A stretch of DNA of 64,000 nucleotides, taken from Betaproteobacteria bacterium. GTDB taxonomy: Bacteria > Pseudomonadota > Gammaproteobacteria > Burkholderiales > SG8-41. Of the stretch, positions 36,438 through 48,124 are shown in pieces. The first letter of the stretch is position 1. Each line of letters opens with the position of its first letter. Both the position numbers and the translations under genes were made by a program. The notes under the pieces were generated by a model. It saw only the letters and a program-made list of their open reading frames with translations, searched no databases and was not told the DNA's origin. Location: NCBI GenBank assembly GCA_023266235.1, contig JAHFRL010000009.1, positions 1,820 through 65,819 on the forward strand, read 5' to 3'.

Positions 36438-37405
36438 GAATCTCCGGACTGCTCAGCACGCTCACCGCAATGACGCTGATGGCGTTCACCCAGTCCGTGC
36501 CCGCGCAAGGCTATCCGGGCGGCCCGGTGCGCATGATCGTGCCGTTCCCGGCCGGCGGGGGCGTGGACAGCGCGGGCCGCATCCTCGCGCAGAAGCTCAG
36601 CGAGAGCTTCGGCAAGTCCTTCTTCATCGAGAACCGCGGCGGCGCGAACGGCAACATCGGCACCGAGGTCGCCGCCAAGTCGGCAAAAGACGGGTACACG
36701 CTGCTCTTCACCGGCGCGGGCTTCGTCACCAACCCGAGCCTCTACGCCAGGATTCCTTACGATGCGGTGAAGGACTTCGACCCCGTCAGCCTGATGGCGC
36801 TGGGGCCCAACGTGCTGGTGGTGCATCCGTCGTTGCCGGTGAAGTCGGTGAAAGAACTCATCGCGCTCGCGAAGGCCAAACCCGGCGAGGTCGGATTCGC
36901 CGGATCGGGCAGCGGCAGCACGCCGCACCTCGCGGGGGAACTCTTCAACACCCTGGCCGGAGTCAAAATGGTGCACATCCCGTATCGCGGCTCGGGCCCG
37001 GCGATGATCGGGGTTCTGGGCGGCGAGACGCCCGTCATGTTCCTGCCCGCGATCAACGCCGGCCCGCACGTAAAAACGGGACGGCTGCGCGCAATCGCCG
37101 TAACGAGCACGAGCCGCCTGCCGGCCATGCCCGATCTGCCGACGGTGGCTGAATCGGGTCTGCGCGGCTACGAATCGAGCCAGTGGTATGGCCTGCTCGC
37201 GCCCGCCGGAACGCCGGAAGACATCCTGAACCCGCTTAACGCGCACGTCGTGAAGATCATGCAGGCTGCCGACATGAAGAGCCGCCTGACCGAGGATGGC
37301 TTGGTCCCTATCGGCGGCACCCGCGAGCAATTCGCCGCCCACATCAAGACCGAAATCGCGAAGTGGGCGAAAGTCATCAAGCAGTCGGGCGCCCGTATCG
37401 ATTGA
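36434..37405 (+). CDS. Bug/TctC substrate-binding protein
   Basis: PVRMIVPFPAGGGVD, DGYT, HIPYRG. Confidence 0.95.
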   Translation: MRISGLLSTLTAMTLMAFTQSVPAQGYPGGPVRMIVPFPAGGGVDSAGRILAQKLSESFGKSFFIENRGGANGNIGTEVAAKSAKDGYTLLFTGAGFVTNPSLYARIPYDAVKDFDPVSLMALGPNVLVVHPSLPVKSVKELIALAKAKPGEVGFAGSGSGSTPHLAGELFNTLAGVKMVHIPYRGSGPAMIGVLGGETPVMFLPAINAGPHVKTGRLRAIAVTSTSRLPAMPDLPTVAESGLRGYESSQWYGLLAPAGTPEDILNPLNAHVVKIMQAADMKSRLTEDGLVPIGGTREQFAAHIKTEIAKWAKVIKQSGARID

Positions 37406-37407
37406 TT

Positions 37408-37590
37408 CCGCGGCCTGCGACCGCGCGTTTCGCCGCCTCGTCCCATTGCGGCAGCCAGTCGCCGATGACGGATCCGAACCACGGCGACTGCGGGCGCAAC
37501 GTCGGCAGGCCAAGCTCGTGCCAGATCTTCTGCGCGCGCTCCATGTACTCCCGCTTCGGCAGCGCGAGCGGCGTCATGTTGCCCTTCATG
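37408..37590 (-). pseudogene. 3' remnant of a UbiD paralog
   Basis: MKGNMTPLALPKREYMERAQKIWHELGLP...GDWLPQWDEAAKRAVAG closely matches the C-terminus of the UbiD at 20118-21752. Confidence 0.85.
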
Positions 37591-37621
37591 GATTGCAGGA
37601 CGCCCGCGTCGCGCAATGAAA

Positions 37622-38614
37622 TCACCGCGCCGACTCGACGCTGATTCCCGCGTCCTTGATCACCTTGCGCCAGCGCGCGAGCTCGCTGCGTATCATCTCG
37701 TGCATGCCCGCCGGCGTGCTGGTCGTGACCTCGACGCCCTGCAACAGCAGGCGCTGGCCGAACTCGGGCACCGCGAGCGCCCGGTTCATCGCGGCGTTGA
37801 TCTGGTTGACGATCGCTGTGGGCGTGCCGGCCGGCGCGAGCAGGCCGTACCAGGACGTGTTGTTGAAGCCGGGCAGCACGTCGGCAACCGGCGGCGCATC
37901 CGGCAGCGAGCGGATGCGGGTCGGGTGTCCGATCGCGATTGCCTTCAAGCGCCCGGTCTTGATGTGCGGCAGAATCTGCGGAACGCCCGAGAACATCATC
38001 TGCGTCTGGCCGCTGATCAGATCGGTCAACGCCGGCCCGCCGCCCTTGTACGGCACGTGCACGATGTCGATGCCGGCGAGCGCCTTGAGCAGTTCACCGC
38101 CGAGGTGGTTGGGCGTGCCGGTGCCGGGCGAGGCGAAATTGAGCTTGCCCGGATTCGCCTTGGCGAGATCGATAAACTCCCGCGTGCTGTTGGCCGGCAC
38201 CGCGGCGTTCAGCGTCAGCGCGAACGGCGCGTACACCGCGAGACCGACCGGCGCGAAGTCTTTCAGCGAATCGTAGGGGACCTTGATGCCGAGCGCGGGA
38301 CCGACTACCAGCCCCGCCGACGTGCCGAGCAGCAAGGTGTAGCCGTCAGGCGTGGCCTTGGCGGCGAGGTCGTGCCCGAGTGTCGCCCCCGCGCCGGCGC
38401 GGTTGTCGATCACCACCTGCACCTGCCACGCATCGGCCAGCTTCTGCGCAACTTCGCGCGCGGTGAAGTCGACCGATCCCCCGGGCGGGTAAGGAACGAT
38501 CAGGCGGATCGGCTTGGACGGATACCGGTCCTGCGCCTGCGCGAACGGGGCGAGCGCAATGCCGGACAGAATGCCAAGCACAGCGGCAACCGCTGTCAGC
38601 CGCGAGCGTTTCAT
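37622..38614 (-). CDS. Bug/TctC substrate-binding protein
   Basis: YPSKPIRLIVPYPPGGSVD, PDGYT, HVPYKGGG. Confidence 0.95.
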   Translation of the reverse strand: MKRSRLTAVAAVLGILSGIALAPFAQAQDRYPSKPIRLIVPYPPGGSVDFTAREVAQKLADAWQVQVVIDNRAGAGATLGHDLAAKATPDGYTLLLGTSAGLVVGPALGIKVPYDSLKDFAPVGLAVYAPFALTLNAAVPANSTREFIDLAKANPGKLNFASPGTGTPNHLGGELLKALAGIDIVHVPYKGGGPALTDLISGQTQMMFSGVPQILPHIKTGRLKAIAIGHPTRIRSLPDAPPVADVLPGFNNTSWYGLLAPAGTPTAIVNQINAAMNRALAVPEFGQRLLLQGVEVTTSTPAGMHEMIRSELARWRKVIKDAGISVESAR

Positions 38615-38684
38615 TCGAGACTCCTGCAAAGGCCGTCTGCCGGGCAAGGTGCGCTTGCGCACCGGGGTTCAGGAAATTCATTCC

Positions 38685-39167
38685 TCACTGCGGCCGCCGG
38701 GCCGATTTGGCCGCGACCACGATCTGGGTCTGCGTGACGATCGCAACCCGGCGCCGCCCGGAATTCCTGATCGTCGTCTGCCACACCATCGTGGTGCGGC
38801 CGATGTGCAATGGGATCGATACGGCCGTGAGCGCCGGCCCCGTGCCCGCGGCGAAAAAATTGGTCTTCGATTCGAGCGTCGCGGTGACATAGCCGGGCGG
38901 CAGATTGGCGATCGTGCCGGCGGCGCCGAGCGCATCCGCGAACGCCATGATGGCGCCGCCGTTCACGCGGCCGTTGCGATTGATGTGCAACGGTTTGATG
39001 CGCATCTCGGCCACCACTTTTTTGCGGGTGAGCGAGAGCAGGCGCACGCCGAGCGCGCGCGAAGTCGCGCCGCGCACAACCTCGCGGGCGCCCGCCACGC
39101 CGTTCGGCCTGACCTTGCTTTGAGTTTTGGTGCGTTGCTTCAAGCGGGGTCTCTTCTCATTCATCAT
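38685..39167 (-). CDS. PaaI-family hotdog thioesterase
   Basis: NGRVNGGAIMAFAD, TLESKTNF, HIGRTTMVW. Confidence 0.85.
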   Translation of the reverse strand: MMNEKRPRLKQRTKTQSKVRPNGVAGAREVVRGATSRALGVRLLSLTRKKVVAEMRIKPLHINRNGRVNGGAIMAFADALGAAGTIANLPPGYVTATLESKTNFFAAGTGPALTAVSIPLHIGRTTMVWQTTIRNSGRRRVAIVTQTQIVVAAKSARRPQ

Positions 39168-39174
39168 TCATCAC
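39156..39174. repeat. Single 7-bp-period arm overlapping the PaaI start
   Basis: Minus strand gtgatgaatgatgaatgag contains ATG ATG. Confidence 0.55.
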
Positions 39175-39178
39175 TGGT

Positions 39179-40009
39179 TCACGCTTTCCACCCCAGCCAC
39201 TCGCACACGCCGCGGCCCATGATCCATTCCTTATCTGCAGCGCTGAGCCACGGGATTTCTTCCGTGAACAAGGTGACGTGCTGGCGATACGGGATCGGCG
39301 AGCGCGACAGATCGGTGCCCCAGAACAGGCGCTTGGGGCCGAACGCGTCGTAGGCCTGGCGGAGGTATCCGTGCAGCGAGCGATACGGATACGTGTCCGT
39401 CGAGTAGCACGGCAGCGCGCTCGCCTTCGCCGCGACGTTGGGGCGCTTGGCGATCGCCAACAACAGGTCGAACTCGCGGAACGCCGCCTCGTCCTTCTTC
39501 GTGCTCGAGAGCGCGAGGTGGTCCATCACGAGCTTGAGGCCCGGGTAGCGCTGCGCGACGCGGTCGATCAGGTGCACCATCGAATGCGGTACCAGCACGT
39601 AGACCGGCACGCCGGCTTTCTCCGCCTCCGCCCACACCCAGTCCATATGGCCTTCGGTCAGCAGCGGCGCGAGGATCGGCGTATGGAAGGTAAAGCGCAG
39701 CCCGAGCATGCCGGGCTGCTTGCGCCAAGCGGCAAGCGATCCGCGCGCGCCCGGCGCCGCCGGATCGAGCCGGCCCATGGTGGCGAAACGCCCCGGGTGG
39801 GCGAGTGCGGCTGCGCTGGCGAGGTCATTGCGGTCGCCCTCCCACGACGGCGGCACGATCACGACGCGATCGACGCCGGCCGCGTCCATTTCGCGCAGAA
39901 GGTCGTCCGCGCTCAGCGGCACAGGTCTTTGCGGTGCCGCCCGCTGCGGCCACGGCCGCTCGGGCGTATTGGCGCCCCAGATGTGCACTTGCGAATCAAC
40001 GATCAGCAT
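39179..40009 (-). CDS. Amidohydrolase family protein (lactonase-like)
   Basis: VDSQVHIW, VMDHL, AFGPKRLFWGTD. Confidence 0.88.
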   Translation of the reverse strand: MLIVDSQVHIWGANTPERPWPQRAAPQRPVPLSADDLLREMDAAGVDRVVIVPPSWEGDRNDLASAAALAHPGRFATMGRLDPAAPGARGSLAAWRKQPGMLGLRFTFHTPILAPLLTEGHMDWVWAEAEKAGVPVYVLVPHSMVHLIDRVAQRYPGLKLVMDHLALSSTKKDEAAFREFDLLLAIAKRPNVAAKASALPCYSTDTYPYRSLHGYLRQAYDAFGPKRLFWGTDLSRSPIPYRQHVTLFTEEIPWLSAADKEWIMGRGVCEWLGWKA

Positions 40010-40245
40010 CGCGGTTTGCTCCGGTTAGATGTCGCCTGACTGCAGACGAGTGTAGTGCGGCTCTCCCGGACCGCCGGGCGCCTGCACGCAACAAGAACAC
40101 GCCGCCCCCATTTTCATTTACCGGCGCGGATAGTGCAATAATCCGGGGCACCCAAAAGTGCCGGCCGGGCTTATCATGTCTATGCCCGACCGCCGTAGAC
40201 CAGCCGTCACGCATGGCTGCGCGCACACCAGGGTACCGAGGAAAA

Positions 40246-41187
40246 ATGATGCGCATGAGACACCTGTTGTTGAGTTTTCTGCTGGCGCCGGGTGGAGTCG
40301 CTTGCGCCCAAAGCTATCCGGACAGGCCGATCCGGGTGCTCGTGCCGTTTGCCGCTGGCAGCGGGACCGACATCCTGGCGCGGATCGTGACCGAGGAGCT
40401 GCGCACCGCGATGGGCGCCAATTTCGTGATCGACAACCGGGCCGGCGCTTCGGGCCAGATCGCGGCGGAGCTGGCGGCCAGGGCCAGCCCCGATGGCTAC
40501 ACGCTGTTCCTGAGCACCAACACGCCGCATTCGGCGAATCCGTTCCTGTTCAAGAAGCTCAACTACGATCCGGTCAAGGACTTTGCGGCAGTCTCGCGCA
40601 TGATCTACTACGTGTTCATCCTGGTGGCGAACCCGAATTCGGGCATCAAGACCGTCCCCGACCTTATCGCCTACGTCAAAGCGAACCCCGGCAAGATTTC
40701 TTACGCGTTCGGCAACAGCACGGGGCAGGTCAACGGCGCGTACTTCGTCAGCGCTGCGAAGCTCGATGCGCTGCCCGTGCCGTACAAGAGCACGCCGCCC
40801 GCGATGACGGACCTGATCGCCGGGCAGGTTCACTACATGTTCGTCGACGCGGCGTCGAGTCAGGGACACGTCAAGTCGGGCCGGCTGCGCGCAATCGCGG
40901 TCATGTCCGACAAGTGGTCCGACGTGCTGCCCGAGCTGCCGGCCGTCGGCGAAACAGTGCCGGGCTTCGACACCGTGCCGTGGGCCGGCATGTTTGTTCC
41001 GGCCGGCACGCCGAATACCATCATTACAAGACTGAACCGGGAAATCGTGAAGGCGATCAATCAACGGCTGGCGGAAACGGGCCTGCAGCCGGCGCCGAGC
41101 ACGCCAGTCGAACTCGACCAATTCGTCAAACAGCAGCGTGCGGCCTGGGGCAAGAAAATCAAAGACGCCGGTATTCAGCCCGAGTAG
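40246..41187 (+). CDS. Bug/TctC substrate-binding protein
   Basis: YPDRPIRVLVPFAAGSGTD, PDGYT, VPYKS. Confidence 0.93.
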   Translation: MMRMRHLLLSFLLAPGGVACAQSYPDRPIRVLVPFAAGSGTDILARIVTEELRTAMGANFVIDNRAGASGQIAAELAARASPDGYTLFLSTNTPHSANPFLFKKLNYDPVKDFAAVSRMIYYVFILVANPNSGIKTVPDLIAYVKANPGKISYAFGNSTGQVNGAYFVSAAKLDALPVPYKSTPPAMTDLIAGQVHYMFVDAASSQGHVKSGRLRAIAVMSDKWSDVLPELPAVGETVPGFDTVPWAGMFVPAGTPNTIITRLNREIVKAINQRLAETGLQPAPSTPVELDQFVKQQRAAWGKKIKDAGIQPE

Positions 41188-41192
41188 CAGCC

Positions 41193-42458
41193 ATGCTCAA
41201 CCGCGTCGGCAAGTACGAGTTGAAAAGCACGCTGGGCACCGGCGCGTCCGGCACGGTGTATCTCGCGGTCGACACCTTTTCCAACACCGAGGTCGCGCTC
41301 AAAGTGATCAATCCGGCGGTATTCGAGGATCCCGCCATCCGCGCGCAGTTTTTGAACGAGGCCTCTCTTGCCGGCCAGCTGCACCACCCGCATATCGTTT
41401 CAATTCTCGATGCCGTGGTGACCGATGATTCCGGGCACATTGCGATGGAGTACGTGCCGGGAGGGAATCTCGCGAAGCGCGCGAGCGCGCCGAACCTGTT
41501 CTCCATCGAGGACGCAATCCAGGTTGGGTTCAAGTGTTGCGGCGCGCTCGACTACGCGTTTCGCCAGGGCATTGTGCACCGCGATGTAAAGCCCGCAAAT
41601 ATCATGGTGGTCAAGGGTACGGACGTGAAAATCGCCGACTTTGGCGCCGCTTATCTGCGCAAGAACCCGGCGGCCGAAATCATAACCATCGGCTCCCCCG
41701 CTTATATGTCGCCGGAGCAAATCGGCGCGCAACCGTTGACGCTCCAGAGCGACATGTTCTCGCTGGGCACGGTGCTCTACGAACTGCTTACCGGACAGCG
41801 GCCGTTTATTGCGCCGACCGTGCAGGCAACGCTCGACAAAATAACGACCGGGGAGCCGCTGCCGCCGAGCCGCGTGCGGCCGGCGCTGCCCTCCGAGCTC
41901 GACCGGATATTACTGAAGGTCTTGCACAAAACCCCCGCGGCGCGCTTTACGACGTGGGCCGAGTTCGCGCTTGAGCTGGCGAAAGTGGGAAGGCTCAGTT
42001 TCCATCAGCAGATTATCCAGGACAGCGAGAAATATGATGCGCTCAGGCGCGTCGAGATGCTGCAAAAGCTCGACGACGCCCAGATCTGGGAATTGGTCCA
42101 GGCCGGACGCTGGATGCGTTTGCCGGCGCGCAGTTCGATCATTCGGGAAAACGATGCCGGCCAAAGTCTTTTCTTCCTGGCAAAAGGGCAAGCCAAGGCC
42201 ACCAGGCAAGGGCGCTTGCTCAACTTGATCGGGGCGGGCGAATGTTTCGGCGAAATGAGTTACATCCGCGGCGGCGAAATGCCGCGACAGGCGACGATTG
42301 ATTCCTTGACGGAAGTGACGTTTGCCGAATTTGAGGCCGCCTCATTGGAGCAAATGAGCGCCGGCTGCCAACTCCACTTCATGCGGGCATTGGTGCGCAC
42401 CCTGGTGGAACGCCTGCAACTCGCCAATACCCGGATTTCTCCGGCGGCCAGCCCTTGA
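41193..42458 (+). CDS. Hanks-type Ser/Thr kinase with C-terminal cyclic-nucleotide-binding domain
   Basis: LGTGASGTVY, VALK, HRDVKPAN, DFG, GSPAYMSPE; then GECFGEMSY..PRQAT. Confidence 0.9.
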   Translation: MLNRVGKYELKSTLGTGASGTVYLAVDTFSNTEVALKVINPAVFEDPAIRAQFLNEASLAGQLHHPHIVSILDAVVTDDSGHIAMEYVPGGNLAKRASAPNLFSIEDAIQVGFKCCGALDYAFRQGIVHRDVKPANIMVVKGTDVKIADFGAAYLRKNPAAEIITIGSPAYMSPEQIGAQPLTLQSDMFSLGTVLYELLTGQRPFIAPTVQATLDKITTGEPLPPSRVRPALPSELDRILLKVLHKTPAARFTTWAEFALELAKVGRLSFHQQIIQDSEKYDALRRVEMLQKLDDAQIWELVQAGRWMRLPARSSIIRENDAGQSLFFLAKGQAKATRQGRLLNLIGAGECFGEMSYIRGGEMPRQATIDSLTEVTFAEFEAASLEQMSAGCQLHFMRALVRTLVERLQLANTRISPAASP

Positions 42459-42549
42459 TCCGTCGTCGCGCTTGCCGCAAGCGCGCGCTGACGACGAGGT
42501 GCTGCGTGACAGCGGGCTGCGGCTGCGCCAAAGAGGGCGGCCAGCCGGT

Positions 42550-42579
42550 AAAAAAAGCCGGGCTATCCCGGCTTTTTTT
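42550..42579. terminator. Bidirectional intrinsic terminator
   Basis: aaaaaaagccggg-ctat-cccggcttttttt. Confidence 0.85.
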
Positions 42580-42593
42580 CGGCCTGAATTTTC

Positions 42594-43250
42594 TCAGAAT
42601 TTGTACAGCAGACTGGCCGAAAATACATCCACGTCGGCACGCCCGCTGAAGCCGTCGCTGATGCGGTAGCGCTCCCATTCTCCGCGCACGCCGACATTCT
42701 TCGTGAAATCAAATTCCGCCCCGAGGCCGAATTTGTAATTCACCTGGTTCCTGCTCGGAGTCGGATTGGCCAGCGGCGCGGCGGCGCCGGTGCCGAAGAA
42801 CAAATCACTGGTTTTCGAAGACTGGACCCCGACTCTGCCCAACAGCGAAAATCTGTCCGCCACCACCGGGATCATGCCGAGGAGATCAAGGTTCCAGCCA
42901 TGGTTATTTTTCACGTCGCCGTGCAGGCTGCCGGCGGGAGTTGTCGTCGAGTTGAAGCTGAATTTACCCAGATTGAAGTATCCGCCTTCGACCGCGAAGT
43001 AGCGGTTGAACTGGTAACCGAGGAACGCCTTGTACTCGAGGCTGTGTTCGCTTTTGGCCGTCGCGGTTGCAGTCGCCCCCGTGCCGACCAGCACGGCATT
43101 GATGCTGGAGTCCTCGATCTTTCCCCGCGACTGGCCGGCGCCCGCCCCCAGGTACCATGTTCCGGCTGGTTCGGCGGCCAGTGCGGCCGGACCCATGATC
43201 GCCGTACCGGCGATCAATGCCACAGTCAAAACAAGTTTCCTCGCTTGCAT
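42594..43250 (-). CDS. OmpA-like outer-membrane beta-barrel protein
   Basis: Signal peptide; WYLGAGAGQS, GYQFNRYFAVEGGY, VRGEWERY; terminal F. Confidence 0.88.
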   Translation of the reverse strand: MQARKLVLTVALIAGTAIMGPAALAAEPAGTWYLGAGAGQSRGKIEDSSINAVLVGTGATATATAKSEHSLEYKAFLGYQFNRYFAVEGGYFNLGKFSFNSTTTPAGSLHGDVKNNHGWNLDLLGMIPVVADRFSLLGRVGVQSSKTSDLFFGTGAAAPLANPTPSRNQVNYKFGLGAEFDFTKNVGVRGEWERYRISDGFSGRADVDVFSASLLYKF

Positions 43251-43367
43251 TTGTCCCCCTCCCGTTGCAACACCCGATTTGGCGGTCCCGCCAGGCTGCT
43301 CAAATTGCAGGAACCGCGACGCGAACCATAGTGTATCCGAATTCATGGAATATGCTCCAATATCGCG

Positions 43368-45155
<1,788 letters not shown>

Positions 45156-45295
45156 GCGGCTATCCTAGCACTCCGGCCACCGGCGGTGAGAGAACGCGGC
45201 TGCCCGCGCCAGATGTTAAAATCCACGACATCCACCTGCCGGCGCTCGACGCAAGCCCGCACCGTCCGCGCCCGCACATCACCAGGAGGGGCGCC

Positions 45296-45742
45296 ATGCC
45301 CGTCGGCAAACTCGATCACTACTCGATCCGCACCCTCGACATCGAGGCTTCACGCAAGTTCTACACCGAGGTGATGGGTTTCGAAGTCGGTTTCCGGCCG
45401 CCGTTCAATTTTCCCGGCCTGTGGCTCTACAACGGCGCGCCCCACCCCGAATCGTACGGCGTGGTGCATCTCATCGGCGTGGACCTGAACAATCCGGCAG
45501 GCCTCAAGGAATATCTCGGCGACCGCGACCTCGATTCGCTCAAGGGCACCGGCACTGTCGATCACATCGCGTTCAGCGCTACGGGTCTTGCCGACATGCG
45601 CGAGCGTCTGCAGCGTCATGCCGCGCCCTGCCGCGAGCGCACCGTGCCCGCGCTCGGCCTGCACCAGGTGTTCTTCGAGGACCCGAGCGGCGTCACCATC
45701 GAGCTGAATTTCCCCGCCGCCGAAGCGCAGCGTGCGACGTAG
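45296..45742 (+). CDS. VOC/glyoxalase family protein
   Basis: LDHYSI, VHLI, VDHIAF, FEDPSGVTIELN; AGGAGG RBS. Confidence 0.88.
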   Translation: MPVGKLDHYSIRTLDIEASRKFYTEVMGFEVGFRPPFNFPGLWLYNGAPHPESYGVVHLIGVDLNNPAGLKEYLGDRDLDSLKGTGTVDHIAFSATGLADMRERLQRHAAPCRERTVPALGLHQVFFEDPSGVTIELNFPAAEAQRAT

Positions 45743-45775
45743 GGCCGGTTTGGCCGCGCCGGACGACAGCCGTTC

Positions 45776-46990
45776 ATGCCGCCCACCGCCCACCGGCCGC
45801 GCGCGCTCGTCATCGGGGGCTCGCTCGGCGGTCTCTTCACCGCCAATCTGCTGCTGCGTTGCGGCTGGGACGTGGAAGTATTTGAACAATCCGGCGCGGA
45901 ACTGGCGGGGCGGGGCGCCGGCATCATCACGCATCCCGAGCTCTTCGCTGCGCTGGAACGCATCGGCGTCCCGCTCGACGACAGCTTCGGCGTCGACATT
46001 CCGGAGCGCGTGACCTTCGACCGCAGCGGCGCGGTCATCGGCACCCTGCCGCTGCCGCAATGCCTCACGACCTGGGGCCGGCTGTACCAGTTGCTGCGCG
46101 AGGCATTCCCGCGCGAGCGCTACCACTTCGGCTGTTCCTTCCGGCGCCTCGCGCAGGACGCCAACTGCGTCACCGCCCGCTTCGCCAACGGCGCCACCGC
46201 GCGCGGCGATCTGCTGGTCGGCGCCGACGGCATCCGCTCCGCCGTGCGCGGGCAACTCCTGCCCGGGGTGAAGCCCGTTTACGCGGGCTATGTCGCATGG
46301 CGCGGACTCGCCGCCGAAAACCTCTTTTCGCCCGCCGTGCACCACGATCTGTTCCCGAAGTTCGCCTTTTGCCTGCCGCCGCGCGAGCACATGCTCGGAT
46401 ACCCGGTCGCCGGCTTCACCAACTCGACGCGCCCCGGCGAGCGCTGTTTCAATTTCGTGTGGTACCGCCCGGCCGAGGAGTCGCGCGAACTGACGCGCCT
46501 GTGCACCGACGCCCTGGGCGGACTCCACCCCATGTCGATCCCGCCCCCGCTCATTCGTCCCGAGGTGCTGGCCGAAATGCACCATGCGGCGCAAGCGCTG
46601 CTCTCGCCGCAATTTGTCGAAGTCGTGCGCCACGCCCGGCAGCCGTTTTTCCAGCCGATTTTCGACCTCGAATCGCCGCAGATGGCTTGCGGACGGGTCG
46701 CGTTGCTCGGCGATGCCGCCTACGTCGCGCGACCGCACTGCGGCATGGGCGTCACCAAGGCGGCCGGCGACGCGCTGCTGCTCGCCGATGCGCTGCGCGA
46801 TGCGGATGAGAAAATCCCGGTGGCGCTCGACCGCTATCAGACCGGGCGGGCGCGGTTCGGCCCGGCGGTCGTCGGCCGCGCCCGCGAACTGGGCTCCTAT
46901 CTGCAGGGCAGCAACGCGCCCGCAGCCGCGCGCCATCACACGCCCGAAGCGGTGATGCGCGAGATCGCCGTAGAGATGAAATTCGCGTGA
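45776..46990 (+). CDS. FAD-dependent monooxygenase, 2,6-dihydroxypyridine hydroxylase-like
   Basis: IGGSLGG, GADGIRS, YAGYVAWRG, LGDAA..RPH.GMG. Confidence 0.85.
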   Translation: MPPTAHRPRALVIGGSLGGLFTANLLLRCGWDVEVFEQSGAELAGRGAGIITHPELFAALERIGVPLDDSFGVDIPERVTFDRSGAVIGTLPLPQCLTTWGRLYQLLREAFPRERYHFGCSFRRLAQDANCVTARFANGATARGDLLVGADGIRSAVRGQLLPGVKPVYAGYVAWRGLAAENLFSPAVHHDLFPKFAFCLPPREHMLGYPVAGFTNSTRPGERCFNFVWYRPAEESRELTRLCTDALGGLHPMSIPPPLIRPEVLAEMHHAAQALLSPQFVEVVRHARQPFFQPIFDLESPQMACGRVALLGDAAYVARPHCGMGVTKAAGDALLLADALRDADEKIPVALDRYQTGRARFGPAVVGRARELGSYLQGSNAPAAARHHTPEAVMREIAVEMKFA

Positions 46991-47099
46991 ATGAACGGTA
47001 TCGCCGCGGCGAGCGGGGGATCGACCCTTCGCATGGACGACGGGGGCATGCGCGATGAGTGACGGGGAACACTCCCCCACACCCATCCCGCCTCACCCC

Positions 47100-47879
47100 T
47101 CACTGCTTGTACGACGGATCGAGCCTGTCGAGCATGCGCAGCAGCGCCCGCCACTCGCCTTTCTTCTCCTGGTAGCCGGGGCGCTCGAACTGGCGCGCAA
47201 CCTTTTCGGCGATTGCGGGCGGCGCAATGCGCAGCTTCGCGCCGCCGGCCAGCGCGCTGATCTGCGCCTGGCATGCGCGCTCGAGATAGTACATGTAATC
47301 GAAAGCCTGGCGCACGGTGGTGCCGCACGCGAGCAGGCCGTGATTGCGCAGAATCATCGTCATGCGGCTGCCGAGATCGCGGACCAGGCGCTGCTGCTCG
47401 TCGAGGTCGAGCGCCACCCCTTCATAATCGTGGTAAGAAACGTTGCCCGTCAGCCGCATCGCATGCTGCGAGATCGGCAGCAGACCCTGCTCCTGGGCCG
47501 CAACGCCGATGCCGGCGGCGGTATGCGTGTGCATCACGCAGTTGATCTCGGCGCGGGCGCGGTGCACGGCGCTGTGGATTACGTAGCCGGCCTGATTGAT
47601 CCCCAGGCCCGTCGGGTCGTCGACGATCTCGCCGTCGAGCGTGACCTTGACCAGATTCGACGCACGGATTTCATCCCACATCAGGCCGAAGGCGTTGATC
47701 AGGAAATGATGATCGGGACCGGGCACGCGCGCCGAGATGTGCGTGTAGATCAGGTCAGTCATGCGGAAGTAAGCCGCAGCGCGATAACACGCAGCGAGGT
47801 CGACACGCACTTCCCATTCATCGGCGCTGACGCGCTCCCTGACGGGCGTTTCGGCCAGCCTGCGGACCTTGGAACTCAT
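47100..47879 (-). CDS. Class II aldolase/adducin family protein
   Basis: HISAR, IHSAVH, MHTHT, LRNHG. Confidence 0.9.
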   Translation of the reverse strand: MSSKVRRLAETPVRERVSADEWEVRVDLAACYRAAAYFRMTDLIYTHISARVPGPDHHFLINAFGLMWDEIRASNLVKVTLDGEIVDDPTGLGINQAGYVIHSAVHRARAEINCVMHTHTAAGIGVAAQEQGLLPISQHAMRLTGNVSYHDYEGVALDLDEQQRLVRDLGSRMTMILRNHGLLACGTTVRQAFDYMYYLERACQAQISALAGGAKLRIAPPAIAEKVARQFERPGYQEKKGEWRALLRMLDRLDPSYKQ

Positions 47880-48124
47880 CTGCCGTCTCCTCAGCGGGTT
47901 GGACAATCGCCGAATGCGCACGCGTAGCTATCGTAACACCATGGCTACGGCGAGCGGGAGATCGACCCCGATCCTGTCTTGCTTTGCGCCAAACGATGGC
48001 CAGGGGTTTGGACCTGAGTAGGTAGCCCGGGATATCGCCGCTGGCCCCAATTTTTGAAAATATTGCTTCCGGGGATCGAGTTGGCTAAAGTACCTGTGGC
48101 ACATCACGCATGACGGGAGGGTGC

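Noticed and set aside
40158-42458. 766-aa ORF as one large kinase
   Set aside because: The N-terminal 345 codons overlap a Bug gene in another frame; the real start is 41193
42472-42545. DDEVLRDSGL peptide resembling DUF1127
   Set aside because: Too short; the ORF runs through a terminator and has no RBS
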